From an uncultured Mycoplasmatota bacterium (GTDB taxonomy: Bacteria > Bacillota_I > Bacilli_A > RF39 > UBA660), in contig CANSDD010000001.1 in NCBI GenBank assembly GCA_947645535.1, forward strand, positions 1-51,561: a DNA stretch of 51,561 nucleotides, read 5' to 3'. Both the position numbers and the translations under genes were made by a program. The notes under the pieces were generated by a model, which saw nothing but the letters and a program-made list of their open reading frames with translations, ran no database searches and was not told the DNA's origin. Shown one piece after another: positions 33,984 through 43,496 of the stretch. Each line of letters opens with the position of its first letter. The stretch's first letter is position 1.

Positions 33984-35433
33984 ATAATTCATCTAAATTG
34001 AAATCTAATGGAGAACGAGCTGTTTCTCTAGTATTTTCATATCTGTCATCTTCATCATAATCATTATAATCTCTTTCTCTAGGTTCTGCCTGTCTAACTC
34101 GTCTATCATAATCTTGATCATAACTAGAACCATTATTCTCATCATAATCATCATATTCTTCATTTCTAGCTCTTCTAGCTGCAGTATGAGTAGAGATATC
34201 AGTATAATCAATTGCAGTTTTTAAATCAAATGAACCAGCTAATTTATCATCATCATCTAATTCAATCAATTTTAATATTTCTTCAAATGTAGTAAGTCCA
34301 TCTTCAACTTTTTCTAATCCATCTTGAAGAAGAGTAGTAACATCAGCACTATATACTAATTTACGTAATTCTTCTTTTGGAATATCAGCACTTATGGCAT
34401 CTTTGATATCTTGATTGATTAAAAGAACTTCATGAATTGCAACTCTTCCTTTATAACCATTACCACATTCCTCACAGCCTTCAACAGCGTAAATTTCATC
34501 AACAGAATGACCTAAAACTTTTCTAAATAAATCTTTTTCATATTGATTAGTAGGTCTTTTAGAACGACAATGTGGACATAATTTACGAGCTAATTTTTGA
34601 GAAATAATTCCTTCTAAAGCACTTGATAATAAGTAACGTTCTACATCCATATCTAATAAACGTTCAATTGTATTTAATGAGTTATTTGTATGGATAGTAG
34701 ATAATACGATATGCCCTGTAATAGATGCACGAACAGCTATTTTGGCAGTTTCTGTATCACGAATTTCTCCAATCATAATAACATTAGGGTCTTGACGTAA
34801 AATAGAACGTAGGGCAGTAGCAAAATCAAGTCCAATTTCAGCATTCGTTTGAACTTGGTTAATTCCTTCTATGTCCATTTCTATTGGGTCTTCAACTGTG
34901 ACAATATTTGTATCTTCTTTATTTAATTTTTGAAGAATAGAGTAAACTGTTGTAGATTTACCACTACCAGTAGCACCAGTTACTAGAATAATTCCATTTG
35001 GAACTCCAATCATTTTTAATACTTTCTTGTAATTTTCTTCACTAAAGCCTAAATGTTCAATACCACTTAAACTCATCGAATAGTCAAGAATACGAATAAC
35101 GATTTTTTCTCCTTCATTTGTAGGTAAACAAGAAACACGAAGGTCTAAGTTTACATTTTGAAGTGTCGCCTTAATCGCACCATCTTGTGGTAATCTTGAT
35201 TCTGTAATATTCATACCAGAAATAATTTTGATACGCGTTACTAAATTTTTTTTAATTGAATTAGGAACTTCAGCATAGTCAATTAACGCACCATCAATAC
35301 GAATTCTGATCTTCATAAAATCTGCATGTGGATCAAAATGGATATCACTTGCTCCTCTTGTAGCAGCATCCACCATGATTTCATTTACTACCTCAACAAC
35401 AGGCATTTTTTCAAAGTCAAATTTTTTTAACAT
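33982..35433 (-). CDS. pilB: Type IV pilus / T2SS assembly ATPase (GspE/PilB/ComGA family) with an acidic C-terminal tail
   Basis: Walker A GATGSGKST, Walker B VIMIGEIRD, His box GHIVLSTIHTN, and a tetracysteine CPHC..CEEC. A 93-aa D/Y/E/R-rich tail follows. Confidence 0.9.
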   Translation of the reverse strand: MLKKFDFEKMPVVEVVNEIMVDAATRGASDIHFDPHADFMKIRIRIDGALIDYAEVPNSIKKNLVTRIKIISGMNITESRLPQDGAIKATLQNVNLDLRVSCLPTNEGEKIVIRILDYSMSLSGIEHLGFSEENYKKVLKMIGVPNGIILVTGATGSGKSTTVYSILQKLNKEDTNIVTVEDPIEMDIEGINQVQTNAEIGLDFATALRSILRQDPNVIMIGEIRDTETAKIAVRASITGHIVLSTIHTNNSLNTIERLLDMDVERYLLSSALEGIISQKLARKLCPHCRSKRPTNQYEKDLFRKVLGHSVDEIYAVEGCEECGNGYKGRVAIHEVLLINQDIKDAISADIPKEELRKLVYSADVTTLLQDGLEKVEDGLTTFEEILKLIELDDDDKLAGSFDLKTAIDYTDISTHTAARRARNEEYDDYDENNGSSYDQDYDRRVRQAEPRERDYNDYDEDDRYENTRETARSPLDFNLDEL

Positions 35434-35530
35434 AAATTTTCATCCCCTTTTATATTTTTGGACTAGCTTTTATCCTGAAACTATTATATAATACTATTAG
35501 AATAAATTCAAGTCTGTGGGAGGAGTTTTT

Positions 35531-36034
35531 ATGAAAAAGTTAAACAAAAAGGGGTTTATGTTGACAGAAACATTGGTGGTAGCTACATTTATTGTAACAA
35601 CGCTTGTATTCTTATATACACAAGCTAGGACAATCAATAAAAGTTATACCAATGGATTTAAGTATAATAATTCAGAAGAATTATATGCACTAGGAAATGT
35701 AAGCGATTATTTAAAATTAAATGGGCTTAATATGATAGGATCAGCTTCTATATCAATTAGTAAAAAATATATTGAAGTAAGTAGCTGTAGAGATACTTAT
35801 TTATCTGAAACAAGTTATTGTAATGCACTGATGACATCTTTAAAAATAAAGAAAGTGATTATTACAAGCCAAAATTTAGATGGATTAAAAAGTGTTATGC
35901 AAACAGATAGCGATTTATCAGAAGAAATGAAACAATTTATTACATCTATAAAATATAGTAATAGTGATAGTACGACTTATAGATTGATTGCAGAGTTTGA
36001 AGATGGAACATTTGCAACATTAAATATAGCATAG
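35531..36034 (+). CDS. Prepilin-type N-terminal cleavage domain protein (pilin/pseudopilin-like)
   Basis: GGGAGGAG RBS. KKGFMLTETLVVATFIV gives a G/F cleavage site with Glu at +5, then a hydrophobic helix. Confidence 0.7.
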   Translation: MKKLNKKGFMLTETLVVATFIVTTLVFLYTQARTINKSYTNGFKYNNSEELYALGNVSDYLKLNGLNMIGSASISISKKYIEVSSCRDTYLSETSYCNALMTSLKIKKVIITSQNLDGLKSVMQTDSDLSEEMKQFITSIKYSNSDSTTYRLIAEFEDGTFATLNIA

Positions 36035-36044
36035 AGGTGAAAAA

Positions 36045-36551
36045 ATGAAGAATAATAAAGGTTTTACACTAATAGAGTTAATTGCATCTTTTACATTAGC
36101 TCTCATTATTATGTTTTTCTTATTTCAAATAGTTATTGTTGTGAAAGAATTGTATGTATCTTCTGGGCTAAAAACAGAAATGATGATAAAAAAGTCTAAT
36201 ATAGAGAAGCAAATAGGATTAGATTTTAACACATTGGAAATTACAAAGATAGTAGCTTGTGGAACTGATTGCTATACATTTACTTATAGTGATTCTAGTA
36301 CGAAAATATTAAAAGTAGATAGGGCAAATAAGACCATTATTTATGGAGATTATCAAATGACAATGATGGATGGTAGTTCTATTGGCGAATATAAGATTAC
36401 GCAAAACACAGTATCAGGAGTAGGAACAGGAAAAAATAATACTATTTTAATTATTGAAATTCCTGTAACCAACAAGGTAATTGCTGATAGAAACTTTGGA
36501 ATACGTATGGTTTATCAATATGATAATAGAACTAAAAATCTTGGTTTATAA
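36045..36551 (+). CDS. Prepilin-type N-terminal cleavage/methylation domain protein
   Basis: GAGGTGA RBS. The canonical NKGFTLIELIASFTLALII motif is present. Confidence 0.8.
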   Translation: MKNNKGFTLIELIASFTLALIIMFFLFQIVIVVKELYVSSGLKTEMMIKKSNIEKQIGLDFNTLEITKIVACGTDCYTFTYSDSSTKILKVDRANKTIIYGDYQMTMMDGSSIGEYKITQNTVSGVGTGKNNTILIIEIPVTNKVIADRNFGIRMVYQYDNRTKNLGL

Positions 36552-37526
36552 AAAATAAATCCAAAAATCAAATAATAAGAAAACAAGAATTGATGCAAGA
36601 AGAGCATGGAGTAATCTAGCAACTAGGAATGGAAAATAACGTATTTTCGTGTCGCTAATAATACTCTCCACTTGCATATGGACAGATAGTCCACCAAATG
36701 AAAGTATCATAGCACTTAAGATACTTTTTAATTTTAATGGAATATTTAGAATACTAACATATTTTAAACCCTGTGTCATTTCAATAAATCCATTTAAGAT
36801 GCTTTGATTATAATTACCTAATTGAATATTATGATCTATAATTGTTGTAATTACTAAAAATGTGGTAACAGTACCTAAAATAAGAAGTAATGTTTCAATG
36901 CTTTTTTGAAGCGAACGAGTTAAAACTTGACCAAAATTAAGGGGATTATTGATCCTTTTTTGATGCATAGAACTGATTGCACTTTTTAGAGAAACAGAAG
37001 TATCTTTTTCTTTGGTAGGGTGGAAATTTCGAAACAAAAAACCAATTATAAAATTACTAATATAATGACAAATTAGAATCAAAATGCCTACTTCTTTATT
37101 ATTTAGAAAAAGAATAGAAACAGTACCCAAAATAAATAAAGGATTAGAAAAACAAGTAAACATAAGTATTTTAGTAGCTTCATTTTCATCAATAAGTCCC
37201 TGATTCAATAATTCTCGTGTGTACTTGGCATTTGAGGGAAAACCTGATATAATGCTCATGACAAAGATAAATGCAGAATTACTACTCGTTTTAAAAAAGC
37301 GAACCATAAGTGGTTTCAATATTTCAGCACATAATTCAACAAAGCCATAATTCATTAGTATTTCTGATAGTACAAAGAATGGAAAAAGAGAAGGAAATAT
37401 ATTATTTTTCCATATGTTAAAAGAGAATGTAACAGATTTTAAAATTTCTTTACTTTCTGTTAAAATTTGAAAACCAATAAAAATGAAAAGACTCATTATT
37501 AAAATACTAATCCATGTTTTTTTCAT
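36546..37526 (-). CDS. ylbJ: Sporulation integral membrane protein YlbJ (nucleoside-recognition-domain family)
   Basis: AAGGAG RBS before ATG 37526. IWKNNIFPSLFPFFVLSEILMNYG is typical of YlbJ, and the protein is polytopic. Confidence 0.75.
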   Translation of the reverse strand: MKKTWISILIMSLFIFIGFQILTESKEILKSVTFSFNIWKNNIFPSLFPFFVLSEILMNYGFVELCAEILKPLMVRFFKTSSNSAFIFVMSIISGFPSNAKYTRELLNQGLIDENEATKILMFTCFSNPLFILGTVSILFLNNKEVGILILICHYISNFIIGFLFRNFHPTKEKDTSVSLKSAISSMHQKRINNPLNFGQVLTRSLQKSIETLLLILGTVTTFLVITTIIDHNIQLGNYNQSILNGFIEMTQGLKYVSILNIPLKLKSILSAMILSFGGLSVHMQVESIISDTKIRYFPFLVARLLHALLASILVFLLFDFWIYFL

Positions 37527-37571
37527 AACATTCTCCTTTATTGATATAATTGTTATAGAGAGGTGATTCAT

Positions 37572-38582
37572 TTGATTACTAAAGTTTATGATAAAGTCAA
37601 ACAATTTTTGATAGAAAATATTCGTTTTTTTACAATTCTTATTGTATTAGGTGTAGTACTTACTTATGAGTTTCCTTATTATATAGACGCTCCTGGAGGA
37701 TTATTAGATGTATCTGAGCGAATTGAAATTGAGGGTGGGTATCAAAGTGAAGGTAGTTTTAATCTTGCCTATGTATCAGAATTAAAAGCAACAATTCCCA
37801 CTTTATTGATTGCTTATTTTTCACCAAGCTGGGATATATTAAAAGAAGAAGATATGTTATATGATAACGAGACAATGAAAGAACTTATTTTTAGAGATAA
37901 AATACTATTAGAAGAAGCAATTAGTAATGCGACAATCGTAGGATATGAAAAAGCCGGAAAAAAAGTAGATATAAATTCAGAAAAGATATATATTAGCTAT
38001 ATAGATGAAGAAGCTATTACAACCCTTGCAGTAGGAGACCAAATTTTAGAAGTAGAAGGTAAAACAATCAAAAGTAAAGATGATTTATCAGAAGTTATTA
38101 ACACTTTAAAAGCAGGAGATGAAATTACTATAAAGGTATTAGCAGATGAAAAAGAGATTTTTCGAACTGCAACGATTCAAAATATAGAAGGAAAAAATAT
38201 TGTTGGTGTATTATTATCACAAGTAGCACAGTTAGATACAGATCCTACAATAAAATTTCATTTTACTAATAGTGAATCAGGTCCCTCTGGTGGACTTATG
38301 ACAGCTCTTTCCATTTATAATATGTTAATAGAAGATGATTTAACAAAAGGACATACGATAGTCGGAACAGGAACAATCGATTTAGATGGGACTGTAGGCA
38401 GTATTGGAGGAGTAAAATACAAACTAAAGGGAGCCGTAAAAAAGAAAGCTGAAATCTTTTTTGTACCAGCAGGTGAGAACTATGAAGAAGCAGTAGAATT
38501 AAAAGAAAAAAACAACTATAAAATAGAAATTGTTTCAATTTCTCATATTGATGAAGCAATAGAATATTTAAAAAATCTATAG
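37572..38582 (+). CDS. ylbL: PDZ plus Lon-like S16 serine protease (YlbL/SepM family)
   Basis: GAGGTGA lies 6 nt before TTG 37572; a GTG at 37563 is also possible. An N-terminal TM and a PDZ domain (GDQILEVEGKTI) are followed by SGPSGGLMTALSIYN with the catalytic Ser. Confidence 0.8.
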   Translation: MITKVYDKVKQFLIENIRFFTILIVLGVVLTYEFPYYIDAPGGLLDVSERIEIEGGYQSEGSFNLAYVSELKATIPTLLIAYFSPSWDILKEEDMLYDNETMKELIFRDKILLEEAISNATIVGYEKAGKKVDINSEKIYISYIDEEAITTLAVGDQILEVEGKTIKSKDDLSEVINTLKAGDEITIKVLADEKEIFRTATIQNIEGKNIVGVLLSQVAQLDTDPTIKFHFTNSESGPSGGLMTALSIYNMLIEDDLTKGHTIVGTGTIDLDGTVGSIGGVKYKLKGAVKKKAEIFFVPAGENYEEAVELKEKNNYKIEIVSISHIDEAIEYLKNL

Positions 38583-38880
38583 TGAAAGTGTGCTTTTTAA
38601 TCACGTTTATAACAGAATAAACAATTATCCTTTTATTATGCATTTACAAACTGTCTTAGTAAATGAATATATCAAAGTTAAACAAATAAGTTAGTCATCA
38701 GCACATAAGTGAAAATTGCAATATAACCATAGAGTTACAAAGGAAATATCGTTATAATATCAAAACGATTCCAATCAAACATATTGATAAAGGCTTTAGA
38801 ATATTAAAAAAATTAGAAAAATAAAGGAGAAAAGATGGACTTCTCTTTTATTTTTGTGCTAAAATGTAATTGGTGAGACC

Positions 38881-41439
38881 ATGAAAAGTAATGAAGTAGA
38901 TTTAACAAAAGTAACCCCAGCAATGAGGCAATATTTAGAAATAAAAGCTGAAAATCCAGATGTTATCATCTTTTTTAGACTAGGCGATTTTTATGAAATG
39001 TTTTTCGAAGATGCCATTTTGGTTTCTAGGGAATTAGAGCTTACGTTAACAGGGAAAAGTGCTGGATTAGAAGAACGTATCCCAATGAGTGGAGTTCCTT
39101 ATCATTCAGCTAATTTATACATAGATAAACTAGTGGAAAAAGGATATAAAGTTGGAATATGTGAGCAGTTGGAAGATCCTAAATTTGTAAAAGGAATTGT
39201 GAAAAGGGGATTAACTCAAATTGTATCAAGAGGAACTATTTTAGATTATGATTCATTACCTGAAAAAGATTTTAATTATATTGGAAGCATTTTAGATTTT
39301 GGACATATTTATGCACTAGCATATGCTGATATATCAACAGGATTTATGGCAGTAGAATTGATAGAACACAATGTAAACAAACTAGTAAGTGAAGTTGTTA
39401 GCATTGGATTAAAAGAAGCCATTATCAGTGATAAAGTTGATAATGTAGTAGTCTCTTTACTAAAAAATCAATTTAAAGTATCTATTTCCGTTTCTGATAA
39501 TATTGAAGATTATGAAGAATATCGTTATATCTATGAAGATATTGGAGATATGAGATATATAGAAGTAATCAAACATTTATTAACTTATATTACAAATACT
39601 CAAAAAAGAAGTTTATCTCATTTACAAAAAGCTGTAATAGAAGAACAAAAAAATTATTTAAAAATGGATATTCATACAAAAAGAAATCTAGAATTAACAG
39701 AAACACTTAGATTAAAACAACGTAACTATTCACTTGTTTGGTTATTAGATAAAACCAAAACAGCAATGGGTGGAAGAATGTTAAAGTCCTTTATTGAAAA
39801 TCCGCTTGTTGACAAAGAAGAAATTAATCGCAGATATGATACAGTAGAAACCTTATTAAAAGAATTTATTTTAAAAGAAGATTTGTGTTCTGCACTTTAT
39901 GAAGTATATGATTTAGAACGTTTAAGTGGAAGAGTTGCCTTTGGAAATGCTAATGCAAGAGATTTATTACAATTAAAAAATTCTTTAAAAGTACTTCCAA
40001 CAATAGCTGAAATATTAAACAAAATTGGATTTTATCACACGATTGAAACGTTAGATGATTTATATGAATTATTAGATAAAAGTATTTATGAAAATCCCCC
40101 AATTACTTTAAAAGAAGGATATTTGATCAAAAGAGGATATAATGCTGAAGTAGATGAATTAAAAGATTTACGAAAAGGTGGAAAAGATTTTGTTGCCCGT
40201 TTTGAAACAGAAGAGAGAGAAAAAACAGGGATTAAAAATTTAAAAGTTGGATATAATAAAGTATTTGGATACTATATTGAAATTTCTAAAGCAAATTTAA
40301 ATTTAGTAAAGCCAGAGTATGGTTATGAAAGAAAGCAAACACTTGTTGATAGGGAACGTTATATTAGCCCAATTTTAAAAGAAAAAGAAGCACTTATTTT
40401 AAATGCTGAAGAAAAAATCATAGATCTTGAATATCAATTATTTACAGAAATTAGAGACAAAATAAAAGAATATATCCCAAGACTTCAACAGGTTTCTAAA
40501 GTAATTAGTGAAATTGATGTATTACAATCATTTACAACAGTTTCTGAAGAAAATAATTATATAAGGCCTACATTAACAGATGAACAAGTAATTGAAATCT
40601 ATGATGATAGACATCCTGTTGTTGAAAAAGTAATTGATGGTGAATATGTTCCGAATGATATAATAATGGATAAGAAAACAGATATTTTATTGATTACTGG
40701 TCCGAATATGGCAGGAAAATCAACTTATATGAGACAACTTGCAATTACTGTGATAATGGCTCAAATAGGTTGTTTTGTACCAGCAAGTAAAGCGATGATC
40801 CCAATATTTGATCATATATTTACGCGTATTGGAGCGAGCGATGATTTAGTAAGTGGTGAATCAACTTTTATGGTAGAAATGACAGAAGCAAATAACGCGA
40901 TTAGTAATGCCACAGAAAAGAGTTTGATTTTATTTGATGAATTAGGTAGAGGAACAGCAACTTTTGATGGTATGAGTTTAGCGCAAGCTATTATTGAATA
41001 TATACATGATAACATTCATGCTAAAACGTTATTTTCGACTCATTATCATGAATTAACCGATTTAGAAAAGAATTTAAAACATTTAAAAAATATTCATGTA
41101 AGTGCTCATGAAGAAGAAGGAAATATCACATTTTTACACAAAATAAAAGAGGGTAGTGTAGATAAAAGTTATGGAATCCATGTTGCTAAACTAGCAAATC
41201 TTCCAGATAGTTTAATAAAAAGAGCGGATCAAATTTTATCTGTATATGAGAATAAAGAGAAAAAAAGAGATATTAAAATCCAAGAATCTCTGCCACTTGA
41301 TGAATTGGTAGCTGTACCTCAAAAATCAAAAGTAGAAGAAGAATTAGAAAAGTTAAATATTGTAGAGATGACACCACTTGAAGCATTAAATGTATTATAT
41401 CGTTTAAAAAATGAAGTAAAGGGAAAAATAAACTCATAA
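38881..41439 (+). CDS. mutS: DNA mismatch repair protein MutS
   Basis: TPAMRQYLEIK, GDFYEMFFEDA, Walker A GPNMAGKST, LILFDELGRGT and STHYHEL. 852 aa. Confidence 0.97.
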   Translation: MKSNEVDLTKVTPAMRQYLEIKAENPDVIIFFRLGDFYEMFFEDAILVSRELELTLTGKSAGLEERIPMSGVPYHSANLYIDKLVEKGYKVGICEQLEDPKFVKGIVKRGLTQIVSRGTILDYDSLPEKDFNYIGSILDFGHIYALAYADISTGFMAVELIEHNVNKLVSEVVSIGLKEAIISDKVDNVVVSLLKNQFKVSISVSDNIEDYEEYRYIYEDIGDMRYIEVIKHLLTYITNTQKRSLSHLQKAVIEEQKNYLKMDIHTKRNLELTETLRLKQRNYSLVWLLDKTKTAMGGRMLKSFIENPLVDKEEINRRYDTVETLLKEFILKEDLCSALYEVYDLERLSGRVAFGNANARDLLQLKNSLKVLPTIAEILNKIGFYHTIETLDDLYELLDKSIYENPPITLKEGYLIKRGYNAEVDELKDLRKGGKDFVARFETEEREKTGIKNLKVGYNKVFGYYIEISKANLNLVKPEYGYERKQTLVDRERYISPILKEKEALILNAEEKIIDLEYQLFTEIRDKIKEYIPRLQQVSKVISEIDVLQSFTTVSEENNYIRPTLTDEQVIEIYDDRHPVVEKVIDGEYVPNDIIMDKKTDILLITGPNMAGKSTYMRQLAITVIMAQIGCFVPASKAMIPIFDHIFTRIGASDDLVSGESTFMVEMTEANNAISNATEKSLILFDELGRGTATFDGMSLAQAIIEYIHDNIHAKTLFSTHYHELTDLEKNLKHLKNIHVSAHEEEGNITFLHKIKEGSVDKSYGIHVAKLANLPDSLIKRADQILSVYENKEKKRDIKIQESLPLDELVAVPQKSKVEEELEKLNIVEMTPLEALNVLYRLKNEVKGKINS

Positions 41440-41468
41440 AATAATATAGAATAAGAAGGAGAAAAATT

Positions 41469-41978
41469 ATGAAATTATTAGAAAAAGAAAATTGGTGGAT
41501 TTGGTTAGTACTTGCTTTTTTATCTGGAGGAAGTAGTATGCTTGTTTTAGGCGCACTATTAGATGTTTATGATAAAGAGGCTTGGTATTATCGATGGACA
41601 AAGAAGTTACCTAAAGGTATTTTTATATTTGTACTTATTTTGATTGGACTTATATCATTATTCACAACATTCGCGTTTTCAGCTTTTGCAGTAATCGAAA
41701 TACCAGAATTAACTGGTATATTAGGAATTATCCTTTCGCTTGTTTCTGTTGCTTTTGCAGCTTTTATGTTTGCACTAACAGTCTTTCAACTTCAAATTTT
41801 AGTAGAAGTAAATGCAAAACTAGAAACACCAGGTAGAGAAATATATTTCTCACCATATATTTGGATATTAGGCCTAATTATTCCAATTATTGGTTGGATT
41901 ATGCTCGTTGTGATGTTTATGTATTTACAGATATGGTATTTGGTTATGTTATATCGTGGAAAAGGAACTGAAATTTGA
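41469..41978 (+). CDS. Small polytopic membrane protein
   Basis: AGAAGGAG RBS and about 4 hydrophobic helices. Confidence 0.6.
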   Translation: MKLLEKENWWIWLVLAFLSGGSSMLVLGALLDVYDKEAWYYRWTKKLPKGIFIFVLILIGLISLFTTFAFSAFAVIEIPELTGILGIILSLVSVAFAAFMFALTVFQLQILVEVNAKLETPGREIYFSPYIWILGLIIPIIGWIMLVVMFMYLQIWYLVMLYRGKGTEI

Positions 41979-42016
41979 CAAAATTTTACAGTCTCTTTTT
42001 TTTACTTGATTTTTCT

Positions 42017-42045
42017 TTGACAATAATAGTATTTTATTGTATAAT
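42017..42045 (+). promoter_or_regulatory. Perfect consensus sigma-A promoter TTGACA-17-TATAAT
   Basis: TTGACA at 42017-42022, a 17-nt spacer, then TATAAT at 42040-42045. Confidence 0.75.
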
Positions 42046-42069
42046 AAATTAAGTAATGGAGGGGTTACT

Positions 42070-43410
42070 ATGGCATTAAATTCTAAAGTAATATATTTAA
42101 GGAAAGAGAATGGCTCTAGTATAAAAGCTTATGTGGTAGATTATTTATTAGATACAGAAACTGAAAAAAAGTATGTAATAATTGTAAATGCAGATGGTAA
42201 AAGTGCAAAAGGCTTTGAACTTGTAGAAGGAGACGCTTTCATTTTATCTACTGAAGAAGGAAGATTAATTGGTAATTATAAGAATGATGATACATTTAGA
42301 GTTTTAACTGATATTTATGAAGATGGATTAAGTTTTAATTTAAAGAGAAGAAAAAAAGTAATTACATCAGAAATAGAAAGTGCAGGTTCATCAATTACTA
42401 GTACAATAAAAAACAAACTTGATATAAAGCAAGAAGAAAATTCGATTGCGCCTATTGATAATAATGTAGAAAAAAATGAAACAAGTAGTGATTTAATTGA
42501 GGCTTCTGATAACGAATTAGAGAAAAATGAAGAAGCTGAACAAGTAGGGAAAGACATTATTTTAGAAGAAACAGTTAATAATAAACTATCAGAAGAGACT
42601 ACGAATGGTATAAATTTTTCTATATATCAAGGAACAATAGATAATAATGAATTGGGAAAAGAAATTATATTTTATGTTTATGATCAAACTATAGTAAAAA
42701 AATATCAAGGTAAAATAACTTTAATTGAAAATGCTGAAATTAGTGTTTCTAATTTGAAATTGTTAGAAAAAATAAATGTTTCACTAGATTTTGACATTGA
42801 TCAATATATAAGTGGAGAAGATTTTGAACCAGGTGCATGTTTTGTAGATTATGAAAATTATATTCCAACAGTGAAAATGGTAGAGGGAAAACCAGTTACA
42901 AGTGCACGGATGATTCATTTTTTGAGAAAACCTATGATTAAACAAGAAAATAATTCAGATTTAGAAGAAACAAGTTTGGCAGAAAACAAAATTATAGTAT
43001 TTAATGGAGAAAGTGAATTTTATGAAAATAAAATGCACTATAGTATATGGGGGGCTATTGCTACAGTAGTATCTAAAAAACCATTAACAATTATTCCAGA
43101 AAAAAATGGAATAAAAACGATTATATATGAAGATCCTAATGCAACTTCTGTAGAAGAGACTTGTCAAAGCTATCAAAATCTATATCCATCACTTCCCGTT
43201 TATTTATTACATGAAAAAAATTTAATTGGAAGCAAAGAATATGTATTAGAAGAAAGCGATTATACTGCATTTTCTGTTAATAGTATAGTGAAAAATGAGA
43301 GTTTATTAACTCAAGGGCGTAAAATTCTAACAGAAAAAGAGATGATTGCAAGAAGAGAAGCTGAACTGGTAGCTTTGAGAGAAACTAATTCAGCAAAAAA
43401 AAAACGATAA
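42070..43410 (+). CDS. Hypothetical 446-aa protein (N-domain, acidic linker, C-domain)
   Basis: GGAGGGG RBS before ATG 42070. No motif recognised. It ends just after the A10 tract (43395-43404). Confidence 0.6.
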   Translation: MALNSKVIYLRKENGSSIKAYVVDYLLDTETEKKYVIIVNADGKSAKGFELVEGDAFILSTEEGRLIGNYKNDDTFRVLTDIYEDGLSFNLKRRKKVITSEIESAGSSITSTIKNKLDIKQEENSIAPIDNNVEKNETSSDLIEASDNELEKNEEAEQVGKDIILEETVNNKLSEETTNGINFSIYQGTIDNNELGKEIIFYVYDQTIVKKYQGKITLIENAEISVSNLKLLEKINVSLDFDIDQYISGEDFEPGACFVDYENYIPTVKMVEGKPVTSARMIHFLRKPMIKQENNSDLEETSLAENKIIVFNGESEFYENKMHYSIWGAIATVVSKKPLTIIPEKNGIKTIIYEDPNATSVEETCQSYQNLYPSLPVYLLHEKNLIGSKEYVLEESDYTAFSVNSIVKNESLLTQGRKILTEKEMIARREAELVALRETNSAKKKR

Positions 43411-43496
43411 ATAAGAAATTAAATCATACACCAATATCTGATCATTATTTAGAAATATGTCCAAATGATGTCGTATTTGCAAATTATATTAGATGC

